From positions 34,688 through 98,687 of the forward strand of contig CAWBNQ010000001.1 in NCBI GenBank assembly GCA_963790205.1: a stretch of 64,000 bases of DNA, in the 5' to 3' direction. This document shows, piece after piece, positions 1 to 9,282 of this stretch. The first letter of the stretch is position 1. Each line of letters begins with the position of its first letter. The stretch is from Nitrospirota bacterium. Lineage in GTDB: Bacteria; Nitrospirota; UBA9217. Both the position numbers and the translations under genes were made by a program. The notes under the pieces are model-generated. The model was not told the origin of the DNA and searched no databases. It saw only the letters and a program-made list of their open reading frames with translations.

Positions 1-93
1 GGCCAAAAGAACTAGCAATAATACCCGCCGCAAAAACATGGAAAATTATAACATGGGCTCAGAGAAAATCCAATACTTTTATCCTCTTCGGTC

Positions 94-108
94 TTGACCC
101 ATTGTCAA
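94..108. promoter_or_regulatory. Dyad TTGAC-ccatt-GTCAA upstream of cNMP-binding gene; candidate CRP/FNR-family-type operator
   Basis: Perfect 5-5-5 palindrome read directly in AT-rich leader region about 190 nt upstream of the 295 start; -35 TTGACA/-10 TAGAGT-like promoter further downstream (approx 232-265). Confidence 0.2.
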
Positions 109-294
109 CATGCCTTTTTAATAAGCAGCGTGCCCGCCTGTTACAAGACCTGAAAGTGAGGTCCGTTAACGTTCCACAGTCAAATAACGCATATATTTCA
201 AAGTTTACATCATATGCAACGAATATTTTACGTTGACAGGCATAGGCGTGCGATTTAGAGTGCACGGTACCAAAAACCCAGCGCGGAGGCTCCC

Positions 295-774
295 ATGGTC
301 AGTCCGAAGGACATATCGAATATCTCTCTCTTTGAAAGGCTGACTGACGCAGAGCGCATGATTATTGCGAACGTCATGACCGGCGACATCTTTCCGGAAG
401 GCCATGTCGTCTACCGCGAGAACGAAGAGGGCTCCGCGTGCATCTATATCATCAAGCGGGGCAAGGTGGACGTCCTCAAGCTGAGCACCGACGGCGACCC
501 CCTCGTCCTTGCTGTATTAAGAGAAGGATTTTTTTTCGGAGAGTTCTCGTTCTTCGATCACAAAGTTCATTCCGCCACGACCGTCGTTTCATCTTCCGAC
601 ACCGTCGTCCTATCGCTGCAGAGACGGGACTTTGACCTCGTCGTGGAGTCGTATCCCAGAATCGGATACAAGGTCCTCATCAACATCGTCCATGAAATCA
701 GCGCCGTCATCCGGAGAATGAACGCGAGCTACATCGACATGGCCGGCTACATGTTCGGCAAGTCGGCGAGGTGA
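295..774 (+). CDS. Stand-alone cyclic-nucleotide-binding (cNMP/CAP effector) domain protein, no HTH
   Basis: 159 aa; GGAGG RBS before ATG; motif FGEFSFF...R.A...A typical of cNMP-binding beta-roll; too short for a CRP-type regulator. Confidence 0.7.
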   Translation: MVSPKDISNISLFERLTDAERMIIANVMTGDIFPEGHVVYRENEEGSACIYIIKRGKVDVLKLSTDGDPLVLAVLREGFFFGEFSFFDHKVHSATTVVSSSDTVVLSLQRRDFDLVVESYPRIGYKVLINIVHEISAVIRRMNASYIDMAGYMFGKSAR

Positions 775-1241
775 CCATGCTCAGTGACAATGCCAGGGAA
801 AGAATCCGTCTTGCCGCTCTCCGTTATCCGAGTCCCCGGGGCGCTTTACTGCCGGCATTGCAGATTGCCCAGGGGGAGCTGGGACATCTGACCGAAGAGG
901 CCATGAAGTGCATTGCGGCCGAATTGAATGTTCCGGAGCCGGATGTATACGGGACAGCCACGTTTTACTCGCTGATCAGGCGAGCGCCTACCGGCAGGCA
1001 TGTGATCTCCATTTGCCACAATTTGACCTGCACACTCCTCGGGGTTGAGCCGCTCATCGAGCACCTCAGGAGCAAACTCGGCGTGAACGAAGGTGAGGTC
1101 ACGCCGGACGGCAGGTTCTCATACGAGCGGATCGAGTGTATCGGCAGGTGCGACGGCGCGCCGGCGCTGCTCGTTGATAACGAGTATCACGGCGAACTGA
1201 CACCCGATAAAATTGACACGCTGCTGGAAAAGTATTCGTGA
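771..1241 (+). CDS. NADH dehydrogenase subunit E-like [2Fe-2S] thioredoxin-fold protein (NuoE/HoxE/FdhG family)
   Basis: 156 aa; C-x4-C...CIGRCDGAP Cys spacing of NuoE 24 kDa subunit; start overlaps upstream stop (coupled). Confidence 0.8.
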   Translation: MTMLSDNARERIRLAALRYPSPRGALLPALQIAQGELGHLTEEAMKCIAAELNVPEPDVYGTATFYSLIRRAPTGRHVISICHNLTCTLLGVEPLIEHLRSKLGVNEGEVTPDGRFSYERIECIGRCDGAPALLVDNEYHGELTPDKIDTLLEKYS

Positions 1242-1305
1242 AAGGATTGCTGAACGGCGTTCATTTTTTTTCGCTGCTTTGTGCAGCTGAAAAATATCAA
1301 TCTTC

Positions 1306-2616
1306 ATGGACAAGATGCTCTTAAAAAGGACCGGCATTCCCCGGTCCGCCGACATCGAGGTGGCCATGGCTCACGGCGCCTATACCGCGGTGGCTGCGGC
1401 ATACGGAATGCGGCCTGTGGATGTCATCGATGAAATCAAACGCTCCGGCCTCCGCGGCCGTGGAGGGGCCGGTTTCCCCACGGGCGTCAAGTGGGGGTTC
1501 GCGGCTATGGACCCGAAGATGCCCAAATATCTTATCTGCAACGCGGATGAAGGCGAGCCCGGGACTTTCAAGGACCGCTTCATCCTCGAAGGCGATCCGC
1601 ATCTCCTGATCGAAGGCATGATCATCGCGGGCTATGCCATAGGAGCGGAGCAAGGATATATTTACCTCCGCGGTGAATATCCGGGTGCCGCCGAGGTCCT
1701 CGATCATGCCATTGTTCAGGCCTATGCCAAAGGGTTCCTCGGAAACAATATTCTCGGAAAAGGCATGAGGTTCGACCTCTCTCTGCACCGGGGAGCCGGC
1801 GCGTATATCTGCGGCGAGGAAACGTCCCTTATTGAGTCCCTTGAGGGCAGGCGCGGGCAGCCGCGAGTTCGCCCGCCCTTTCCCGCGAACGCAGGCGCCT
1901 GGGGCAAACCCACGGTGGTGAACAATGTAGAGACGCTTGCCAATGTTCCCCACGTTCTCCTGCTCGGCTCCACGGCCTATGCCAAGATCGGCGCGGAGCC
2001 TTCTCCGGGCACGAAGATCTTTTGCGTCAGCGGCGCGGTCAACCGTCCGGGCGGCTACGAACTCCCCCTCGGAACGACGCTCAGGGAAATAATCTACACC
2101 CATGCGGGGGGTATCAGGGACGGGAGACGGATCAAGGCGGTCATCCCCGGCGGGGCGTCAACGCCCATGCTCTCCGCTGAACAGGTGGACGTCAAGATGG
2201 ATTTCAACTCTCTCCTCGCGGCAGGGTCAATGCTCGGCTCGGGAGCGGTGATCGTGATGGACGATCAGACGTGCATGGTCCATGCTGCTGCGGTTCTCGT
2301 CCGCTTTTTTGCTCACGAATCCTGCGGCAAGTGCACGCCCTGTCGCGAAGGCACGGGCTGGCTCCTCCAGGTATACACCCGGATGCTGGACGGCGGCGGG
2401 AGATCGGGGGACATCGAGCTCCTGCAGAACATTTGCGGCAAAATGAAGGGAAAGTGCTTCTGTCCCCTCGGAGAAGGCGCGATAAATCCCGTTCTCTCGA
2501 GCATTCAGCGCTTCCGGGAAGATTATGAGCAGTGCGTCCAGGGCCGGACGTGCGCTCAGCAAAAATGCCGGATCACGGCAGTGGAAAACGAGCATGCGGT
2601 ACAAATAGGTTTATAG
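1306..2616 (+). CDS. NADH dehydrogenase subunit F-like flavoprotein (FMN, NADH, 4Fe-4S; NuoF/HoxF family)
   Basis: 436 aa; GRGGAGFPTG FMN-site motif, C-terminal CxxCxxC...C 4Fe-4S motif (ESCGKCTPCREG). Confidence 0.85.
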   Translation: MDKMLLKRTGIPRSADIEVAMAHGAYTAVAAAYGMRPVDVIDEIKRSGLRGRGGAGFPTGVKWGFAAMDPKMPKYLICNADEGEPGTFKDRFILEGDPHLLIEGMIIAGYAIGAEQGYIYLRGEYPGAAEVLDHAIVQAYAKGFLGNNILGKGMRFDLSLHRGAGAYICGEETSLIESLEGRRGQPRVRPPFPANAGAWGKPTVVNNVETLANVPHVLLLGSTAYAKIGAEPSPGTKIFCVSGAVNRPGGYELPLGTTLREIIYTHAGGIRDGRRIKAVIPGGASTPMLSAEQVDVKMDFNSLLAAGSMLGSGAVIVMDDQTCMVHAAAVLVRFFAHESCGKCTPCREGTGWLLQVYTRMLDGGGRSGDIELLQNICGKMKGKCFCPLGEGAINPVLSSIQRFREDYEQCVQGRTCAQQKCRITAVENEHAVQIGL

Positions 2617-2670
2617 TTTGTAGCATCGTGTGCAACGTGAACCGGGAGCTAGAAGCTAAAAGCCGATATC

Positions 2671-4854
2671 ATGATGGAACTTGCTCTTACCATTGACGGT
2701 AAAACCGTAAAAATAAACCCTGGCGCCACGATCCTCGATGCAGCGAGAATCGCTGGCGCGGCCATCCCGACGCTGTGCCATGACGACCGCCTTCACCCGT
2801 ACGGTGCGTGCAGGATATGCATGGTCGAGGTGGAAGGGCCGCCCCGCCGGATGCTCCCCGCGTGCACGACGCCTGCGGCCGAAGGCATGGCCGTCCTGAC
2901 GAATACGCCCGCCCTGATCGAGGCGCGAAAGGCGATCCTGGAGCTGCTTCTTATCAATCATCCCCTCGACTGCCCAGCGTGCGACAAAGCCGGAGAGTGC
3001 CGGCTCCAGGACCTCGTGCACGAGTACGGGCTCGCCCCGGGAACCTTTGTGGAAGCGAAGAGGACCTCGCCGACGGATTACGCATCGCCCGTCATCGAGC
3101 GGAACCAGGACCGCTGCATCCTGTGCGGAAAATGCGTAAGGGTTTGCGCGGAGGGGTGCGGAGTGGGGGCATTGACCTTTAGCATGCGAGGCGGGAAATC
3201 CCGCATCGGCACCGCTTTCGACAAGCCCCTGGACTGCGAGTTCTGCGGCGAGTGCCTCGAGATCTGTCCCGTCGGCGCGCTGACGGCGAAGCAGTCCAAA
3301 CACAAAGCGAGACCGTGGAACGTGGAATCGACAACCTCCGCCTGCCCCTACTGCGGGTGTGGATGTCCGATCACGATCGAATGGCGCGGAAGCGAAATCG
3401 TGCGGGTGCGCGCCGCCGGCAACCATTACCTGTGCGCCAAAGGCCGCTTCGGCTGGGATGCCGTCCGTCACGAAGCGCGCCTCACCTCGCCTAAAATTCG
3501 CGTTGGCGGAAACCTCGTGGACTGCTCCTGGGATGAAGCGCTCTCCGTCGTGGCGACCAATCTCAAGGTCATTAGAAATCGTTACGGGGCCGATCATATC
3601 GGCGGCCTGGGCTCGGTCAGGACCACGAACGAGGACCACTACCTCTTCCAGAAATTCATGCGGACAGCCGTCGGCACGAACAACGTGGACGTCTTGACAC
3701 GCATCCGGTATCCTTATGGACTGAACACCGTCTACTTCGCGGGTGAACTTTCCCGGATGGGCGAGCATGATGTCATGCTCCTCCTCGATAAGGACGCCGG
3801 CGAGATCAACCCCCTGACCGGGATCGAGGTCGTGCGGGCGGTGAACCGGTGCGGCAGCAGGCTCATTCTCGCGGGCAGCAGACAGAGCAAGTTCAGCAGG
3901 ATCGCGTCGGTTGCCATCCCCCAGGAGGGGGAAGCTGCGCTCACCAGCCTGATCACGGGCCTCTTGAGCAGCAGGAAGATCGTGAGCACCAGGATCAAAA
4001 AGGCGGTGGAGCTGCTCGTATCGGCGCGAAGCACGGCCATTGTCCTCCCGGCGCATCTTTCCGCCGACACCTTTGGGCTGATTCAGGAACTTGCCGTCCT
4101 TTTGAAGCAGGTTACGTACTATCCCCTCGTCATGCGGGGCAATATTCAGGGTGCGATGGACATGGGGGTGCTGCCGGATTACTTGCCCGGATACCAGGCG
4201 GTGAACCCGCTCATCGCGTCCTCCTTCGGGGAAAGATGGAACGCGAAACTTCCGGAGGCGCGCGGCATGAATGCGCCGGAGATGATGGACGAAATCGAGA
4301 ACGGCGGGATCGCCGCGCTGTACATCATGGGAGACGACCCGGTGGGAAGCGACCCCGCGCTTGCCGCGGCCTTTTGGCGGCTGGAATTTCTCGTCGTGCA
4401 GGACATCTTCTTGACGGGCACCGCGAAGCTCGCAAACGTGGTGCTGCCCGCCGCGAGTTTCATGGAAAGATCGGGAACGATCACGACCATCGAGCGAAAA
4501 CTCCGCCAAATCCGCCCGGTCCTGGGCCCCGTTGCCGAATCGAGGCCGGACTGGGAAATCATCCAGGCGCTGGCGCAGCGGATGGGGGCCCGCATGGATT
4601 TTGCCTCCGCCGCGGATATCGTGAAAGAAATCCGGTCAATCGTGCCGATGTATAAAAATCTTGTCCCCGATGCCTGCTGGCCGCGCGAGCAGTCGCCTTT
4701 GAACGGCGCCCTCGTTGACCTTTCCCTTTCGTCCGCCGCTCACCCGCCCCGCGACACGAACACCGCGGGACGGCCGCTCTTCTCCTCCGGCATGATGACG
4801 ACCCGTTCGAAAGAACTGGAAAGCATCATACGCATGAAAATCACCGCACGCTGA
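2671..4854 (+). CDS. NuoG-like Fe-S molybdopterin-oxidoreductase-fold subunit (2Fe-2S, His-ligated 4Fe-4S, 2x 4Fe-4S ferredoxin, MopB-type N-terminal 4Fe-4S)
   Basis: 727 aa; cluster motifs CHDD..C..C, HPLDCPACDKAGEC, CILCGKCVRVC, CEFCGECLEICP, CPYCGCGCP, followed by molybdopterin-oxidoreductase-like domain; no obvious Sec/Cys catalytic ligand context. Confidence 0.8.
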   Translation: MMELALTIDGKTVKINPGATILDAARIAGAAIPTLCHDDRLHPYGACRICMVEVEGPPRRMLPACTTPAAEGMAVLTNTPALIEARKAILELLLINHPLDCPACDKAGECRLQDLVHEYGLAPGTFVEAKRTSPTDYASPVIERNQDRCILCGKCVRVCAEGCGVGALTFSMRGGKSRIGTAFDKPLDCEFCGECLEICPVGALTAKQSKHKARPWNVESTTSACPYCGCGCPITIEWRGSEIVRVRAAGNHYLCAKGRFGWDAVRHEARLTSPKIRVGGNLVDCSWDEALSVVATNLKVIRNRYGADHIGGLGSVRTTNEDHYLFQKFMRTAVGTNNVDVLTRIRYPYGLNTVYFAGELSRMGEHDVMLLLDKDAGEINPLTGIEVVRAVNRCGSRLILAGSRQSKFSRIASVAIPQEGEAALTSLITGLLSSRKIVSTRIKKAVELLVSARSTAIVLPAHLSADTFGLIQELAVLLKQVTYYPLVMRGNIQGAMDMGVLPDYLPGYQAVNPLIASSFGERWNAKLPEARGMNAPEMMDEIENGGIAALYIMGDDPVGSDPALAAAFWRLEFLVVQDIFLTGTAKLANVVLPAASFMERSGTITTIERKLRQIRPVLGPVAESRPDWEIIQALAQRMGARMDFASAADIVKEIRSIVPMYKNLVPDACWPREQSPLNGALVDLSLSSAAHPPRDTNTAGRPLFSSGMMTTRSKELESIIRMKITAR

Positions 4855-4923
4855 AATCCTGCGATACCCTCGGCGATGCTCCATCCTTCCTTCCCGTTCC
4901 CTGATCAAATAAGGCGGGGTAGA

Positions 4924-5931
4924 CTACAGGGGAAAATGACATGCGACATGATGACCGCCGATGTCCGTGAGCTGCGGTTCGGCGGCGGGGTCAATGCATA
5001 TCGTCGGCTTGCCCTTGGACTCATAAACCGGGCAGCGCGGGGCAAAGCGGCATCCCGAGACCGGTCGCTCGAAATCGAAGACACCCCATCGGCCGGCCTG
5101 AACGTTCACTGAAGAATACGATGATTCCTTGCTCAGCTTTTCCACGAGCGAGGCCCAGAGGATGTGCGTATAGGGATGGCTCGCCTTGTTCGCGATGCGG
5201 CCCGCGAGCCCCATCTCCACGATCTTACCCAGATACATCACGGCAACTTTGTGGCTGATGAGCTCAACCACCCTGAGATCATGCGAGATAAAGAGGTAGG
5301 AAAGGCCGAGCTGCTTCTGCAGATCGCGGAGAAGGTTTACGACCTGGGCCTGGATGGACACATCGAGCGCGCTCGTGGGCTCGTCGGCCACGATGAACCG
5401 TGCGCCGACGGAGAGGACGCGCGCGATGCCGACCCTCCGTTTTTCCCCGCCCGACAGCTCGTGGGGGAAATTGGAGAGTTTGCTCTTCTTGAGATTCACC
5501 TGTTCGAGAAGTTCTCCGATCTTCCGGTCGACCTCGGCATCACTCATCCGGTGATGCACGGTGATCGCTTCGCGCAGGATATCGCGGATGCGCATCTTGG
5601 GGTTGAGCGCCGCGTCCAGGTCCTGGAAGATCATCTGCATCTGTCCCCGGAGCTGCCGGAGCTCGCCCAGCGGCATGGCAAGAATGTCTTTGCCGTCAAA
5701 AATGATCTTCCCTGACGTGGCCGGCGTGAGCCGGAGGATCGTCCTGCCGATCGTGGTCTTGCCGCAGCCCGACTCGCCCACGAGGCCCACCGTCTCGTTC
5801 TCCTTGAGATAAAAGCTCACTCCGTCCACGGCGGGAATGGCCTGTTCCTTTTCCTTGAAGGCGGAGAAGAGCCCTTGACGGTGGGCAAAGTGTTTTTTGA
5901 GGTCTTTGACTTCCAGTATGGTCTTCGGCAT
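4924..5931 (-). CDS. Oligopeptide/dipeptide ABC transporter ATP-binding protein (OppF/DppF type)
   Basis: 335 aa; Walker A GESGCGKTT, ABC signature LSGGEKRR, C-terminal oligopeptide-ABC extension with Cys cluster. Confidence 0.85.
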   Translation of the reverse strand: MPKTILEVKDLKKHFAHRQGLFSAFKEKEQAIPAVDGVSFYLKENETVGLVGESGCGKTTIGRTILRLTPATSGKIIFDGKDILAMPLGELRQLRGQMQMIFQDLDAALNPKMRIRDILREAITVHHRMSDAEVDRKIGELLEQVNLKKSKLSNFPHELSGGEKRRVGIARVLSVGARFIVADEPTSALDVSIQAQVVNLLRDLQKQLGLSYLFISHDLRVVELISHKVAVMYLGKIVEMGLAGRIANKASHPYTHILWASLVEKLSKESSYSSVNVQAGRWGVFDFERPVSGCRFAPRCPVYESKGKPTICIDPAAEPQLTDIGGHHVACHFPL

Positions 5932-6100
5932 AGCATAACAACCTTTTCACCGCAGAGAACGCGGAGAACGCTGAAAAAGCAAGGTGTTCAAACGAGACAA
6001 TCCGATATATCGATACTCTCTATTTCAAACCCTGCCAACCTCTTTTTTCCTCCTGAATCCTCTCAGTCCCCTGAGACCTCTGTGGTAAACTAACCCTCAG

Positions 6101-7213
6101 TTAATCGAAATACTGCCAGCACCGAGCCCTATGTCCTGGGGCGATCTCCCGCAAGTCGGGCTCCTTGAACCCGCACTTCTGCCTGATCGCATCCGTCACC
6201 CGGCTGCACCGGCCGTAGAACCGGCAGCCGGCCGGTATGTTGATAGTGTCGAGCACGTCTCCCTCGATCGCCTGGAGATAGCCTTTTCCCCTGATATTCT
6301 GTGCGCTCGGAATGGACAAAAGCAGCGCCGCGGTATAGGGGTGTTTGAACTCGAACGCGGACGCCAGAAGGTCCTTTGCCGGCCCGTACTCCACGACCGT
6401 TCCGCCGTACAGCACGGCAACGCTGTCCGAGAGCCGCGAGATGATACTGATGTCATGGCTGATGAGCATGGTCGTGATGCCGAGCTCGGACTTGAGCTCC
6501 GCGAGCAGGTCCACGATCTTCGACTGGATCGTGGCGTCGAGCCCGGTGGTGGGCTCATCCGCGATCAAAAGCGACGGTTCGCTGGCGAGCGCCATGGCGA
6601 TCATAGCCCGCTGGCACATGCCGCCGGAGAGCCCGTAGGGGTAGTTATCGAACCTGAGCCGGGGGGAGTCTATCCTCACTCGATCGAGCCAGTAGATCGC
6701 GCGTTCTTTTGCCTCTTGGTCGCTTTTCATTGAGGTATGAAGCTGGATCGCCTCGGCGATCTGGTTCCCGACGGTGGTGAAAGGATTAAGCGAGGATTTG
6801 GGGTTCTGGAAGATCATGGCGATCTCCTTGCCGCGCACCCCGCTCATCACCCGCTCGGAGTTCCGGGCCCACCCGATCACGTTCTTCTTCACCGACATGA
6901 CCTTCCCATCTTTTTTAGCGACCGTGACATAATCGTCCAGGTCCTGAAGGAGGTTCTTCTGGATCCGCTCGGTCTTAAACCCGATCTTGCCGCTGATCAC
7001 GCCCGGCCCGTCAGTAATGAGCCCCATGACGGAAAGCGCGGTGATGCTCTTACCGCTGCCGCTCTCGCCCACGACGCCGAGCGTCTCGCCGTGTTCAATC
7101 TCGAGGCTCACGTCGTCCACGGAGCGGATGAACGCCTGCTTGCTCCGCGAGTAGAAGTAGGTGCGAAGGTCCTCTATTTTAAGGAGCGGCGCAGTCGTCA
7201 TGTGCCCGGTCAT
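6101..7213 (-). CDS. Oligopeptide/dipeptide ABC transporter ATP-binding protein (OppD/DppD type)
   Basis: 370 aa; Walker A GESGSGKS, signature LSGGMCQR, Walker B LLIADEPT. Confidence 0.85.
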   Translation of the reverse strand: MTGHMTTAPLLKIEDLRTYFYSRSKQAFIRSVDDVSLEIEHGETLGVVGESGSGKSITALSVMGLITDGPGVISGKIGFKTERIQKNLLQDLDDYVTVAKKDGKVMSVKKNVIGWARNSERVMSGVRGKEIAMIFQNPKSSLNPFTTVGNQIAEAIQLHTSMKSDQEAKERAIYWLDRVRIDSPRLRFDNYPYGLSGGMCQRAMIAMALASEPSLLIADEPTTGLDATIQSKIVDLLAELKSELGITTMLISHDISIISRLSDSVAVLYGGTVVEYGPAKDLLASAFEFKHPYTAALLLSIPSAQNIRGKGYLQAIEGDVLDTINIPAGCRFYGRCSRVTDAIRQKCGFKEPDLREIAPGHRARCWQYFD

Positions 7214-8103
7214 TTAGCTCTCCGGCCTTCGAGGATATTGTTCAGCCCGTCGCCGAGCAGATGGAAACCGAGAATGGTGAAGAGGATCGCGAGGGCGGGC
7301 GCAGTGGAGGGCCAGAACTTGCCCTGCATGAAGTAGTTGGCCCCTGCCTGCACCATGTTGCCCCACGACGGCGTGGGCTCCTGCACACCAAACCCGAGGT
7401 AGCTCAGGGACGTTTCCATGAGAATGGCCTCTGCCATGCCGAGCGTGGCCTGGATGATGAGAAGCGACCGGCAGTTGTGCCACAAAATATGCTTGAGGAT
7501 GATCGTCTTCGTCGGCAACCCCAGCGCCGCGTCCGCCTCGATGAAGTTCTTTTGTTTCAAAAACTGGATCTTCCCCTTGATGAGCGATGCAACGACCGGT
7601 ACGTTCGTAAGCCCCACGACCATCATGATGTAATAGATGTCCGGCTTGAACGCCGCGATAACGAGCAGGATGAGCACCAGGCGCGGGAAGGAATCCACCA
7701 GGTTCGTGAAGTAGGTTATACCCGTGTTGAACCAGCCACCGCGGTATCCAGCGAGCACGCCAAGCACGGTGCCGAAAAAAAGGGCGATGCCTATTGCGAG
7801 CAGGCCCGGAAGGAAATAGGCCTGGATGCCCACAATCAGGCGCGAGAGCATGTCCCTGCCCATGAAGTCCGTGCCCAGGAGGTGCCCAGCGGTCCCCGGC
7901 GGCGCCATCATGAGCTCAAGGTCGATGTCCTGGGGGTCCCGCGGCAGAAGGTTGAAGGAGCCGAGAATATAGGACGCCACCACGAGCGTGACGATCAGCA
8001 GTCCGTAGCCCACGTAGGCAAGATCCACGGTGTCGGCTTTTTTCCAGAACGGCAAATCGGAAAATTCCCCGATCTCTCCTGATATTTGGGAATATGATTT
8101 CAT
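7210..8103 (-). CDS. Oligopeptide ABC transporter permease (OppC/DppC type)
   Basis: 297 aa multi-TM BPD-transporter permease; 4-nt overlap with downstream ATPase gene. Confidence 0.8.
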   Translation of the reverse strand: MKSYSQISGEIGEFSDLPFWKKADTVDLAYVGYGLLIVTLVVASYILGSFNLLPRDPQDIDLELMMAPPGTAGHLLGTDFMGRDMLSRLIVGIQAYFLPGLLAIGIALFFGTVLGVLAGYRGGWFNTGITYFTNLVDSFPRLVLILLVIAAFKPDIYYIMMVVGLTNVPVVASLIKGKIQFLKQKNFIEADAALGLPTKTIILKHILWHNCRSLLIIQATLGMAEAILMETSLSYLGFGVQEPTPSWGNMVQAGANYFMQGKFWPSTAPALAILFTILGFHLLGDGLNNILEGRRAK

Positions 8104-8274
8104 AAAGCCGCATTAACCACAGAGATACACGGATAAATTCACCTGTTACGAATTCATCATGCAACCATCTAAAGGAATGCAGACCCTGGGCCCCCGCTCC
8201 CTGCTTGCTGCCCGCTGGGACAAATTTCGCGGGAATGACCGCCTTTACTCCGAACTCCTCGCTCCGGACTCAAG

Positions 8275-9240
8275 CTATTCCTTCGACGCCCGCGGGTTCA
8301 CGGCCACGGACACCACGCTCTGGAACAGGCTCCCCATGCGCACGAAGACGGCGGCCAGCATGGCGATGCCCATGATGACCGGGTAGTCGCGGTCCTGCGC
8401 GGCCTGCCATGCCATCCTGCCCATGCCGGGCCAGTTGAACACCTGCTCGACGATCACGGCGCCGCCGAGGATGAAGGGGATCTTCGACGCGATGATCTCG
8501 GTCACCGGGATGAGTAATCCTTCCTTGAATGAATGCCTCCACACCGAAGCCCCTTTGGCGCGGGCTGTGCGGATGTAGTCTTCGTCCATGACCCTGCCCA
8601 TCTCGTCGCGCAGAAAACGGATGATCTCGCTGATTGTGCCGTTCCCCAGGCCGAGCACGAAAATCGGCAGCAGTGCATAAAGCCAGCCGAATTTGTGCGC
8701 GCCGCTTGAGTAGCCGAACGCCAGCGGGAACAGCCCGAGCTCGTGGGTGAAGAAATAGATGACGATGTAGCCGAGCCAGAAAACAGGAAGGGCTGAGACC
8801 ACGTAGGAAAACATGGTAAGGGGCCATGACAGTTTATTAATGCCGCGCACTGCTGAATAGAGCGCGATGGGCACGGAGATCAGGAGCGTGATGAACATCG
8901 AGCCGAGCGTCAGGGTGAGAGTATTGAGCCCCACGCGAAGCACTTCTTTGAGGACGGGCAGTCCCGTGCGAATGGAAGTACCAAAATTCCCCTGGAGCAT
9001 GCCCGTCAGCCATGAGAGGTACTGGGCGTACCAGGACTTCGGAACACCCAGGGCCTCGCGCAGTCCGGCCCGCGCCTCCTCAGTCGACACCTGGCCTTCG
9101 AGCAGAACGCTGAAAGGGTCGCCGGGAGAGAGGTAGAGAATAATGAACACTACAAAGCTCACTCCCAGCAGGAGCAGCAGCGTGATCACCAGTTCCCTGG
9201 AAAGGACCAAGGCCATGGGTTTGATGGCTGAGAGTTTCAT
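8275..9240 (-). CDS. Oligopeptide ABC transporter permease (OppB/DppB type)
   Basis: 321 aa, multi-TM, ABC permease EAA-like loop region. Confidence 0.8.
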   Translation of the reverse strand: MKLSAIKPMALVLSRELVITLLLLLGVSFVVFIILYLSPGDPFSVLLEGQVSTEEARAGLREALGVPKSWYAQYLSWLTGMLQGNFGTSIRTGLPVLKEVLRVGLNTLTLTLGSMFITLLISVPIALYSAVRGINKLSWPLTMFSYVVSALPVFWLGYIVIYFFTHELGLFPLAFGYSSGAHKFGWLYALLPIFVLGLGNGTISEIIRFLRDEMGRVMDEDYIRTARAKGASVWRHSFKEGLLIPVTEIIASKIPFILGGAVIVEQVFNWPGMGRMAWQAAQDRDYPVIMGIAMLAAVFVRMGSLFQSVVSVAVNPRASKE

Positions 9241-9282
9241 GTCTCCATGTCCATTCTGAACTCCGAACCGCCGGCGTTGAAC

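Noticed and set aside
2656-4509. 617-aa minus-strand ORF antisense to NuoG-like gene (and 1321..2103 antisense to NuoF-like)
   Set aside because: Antisense of well-supported Fe-S/flavoprotein genes; composition typical of GC-rich shadow ORFs
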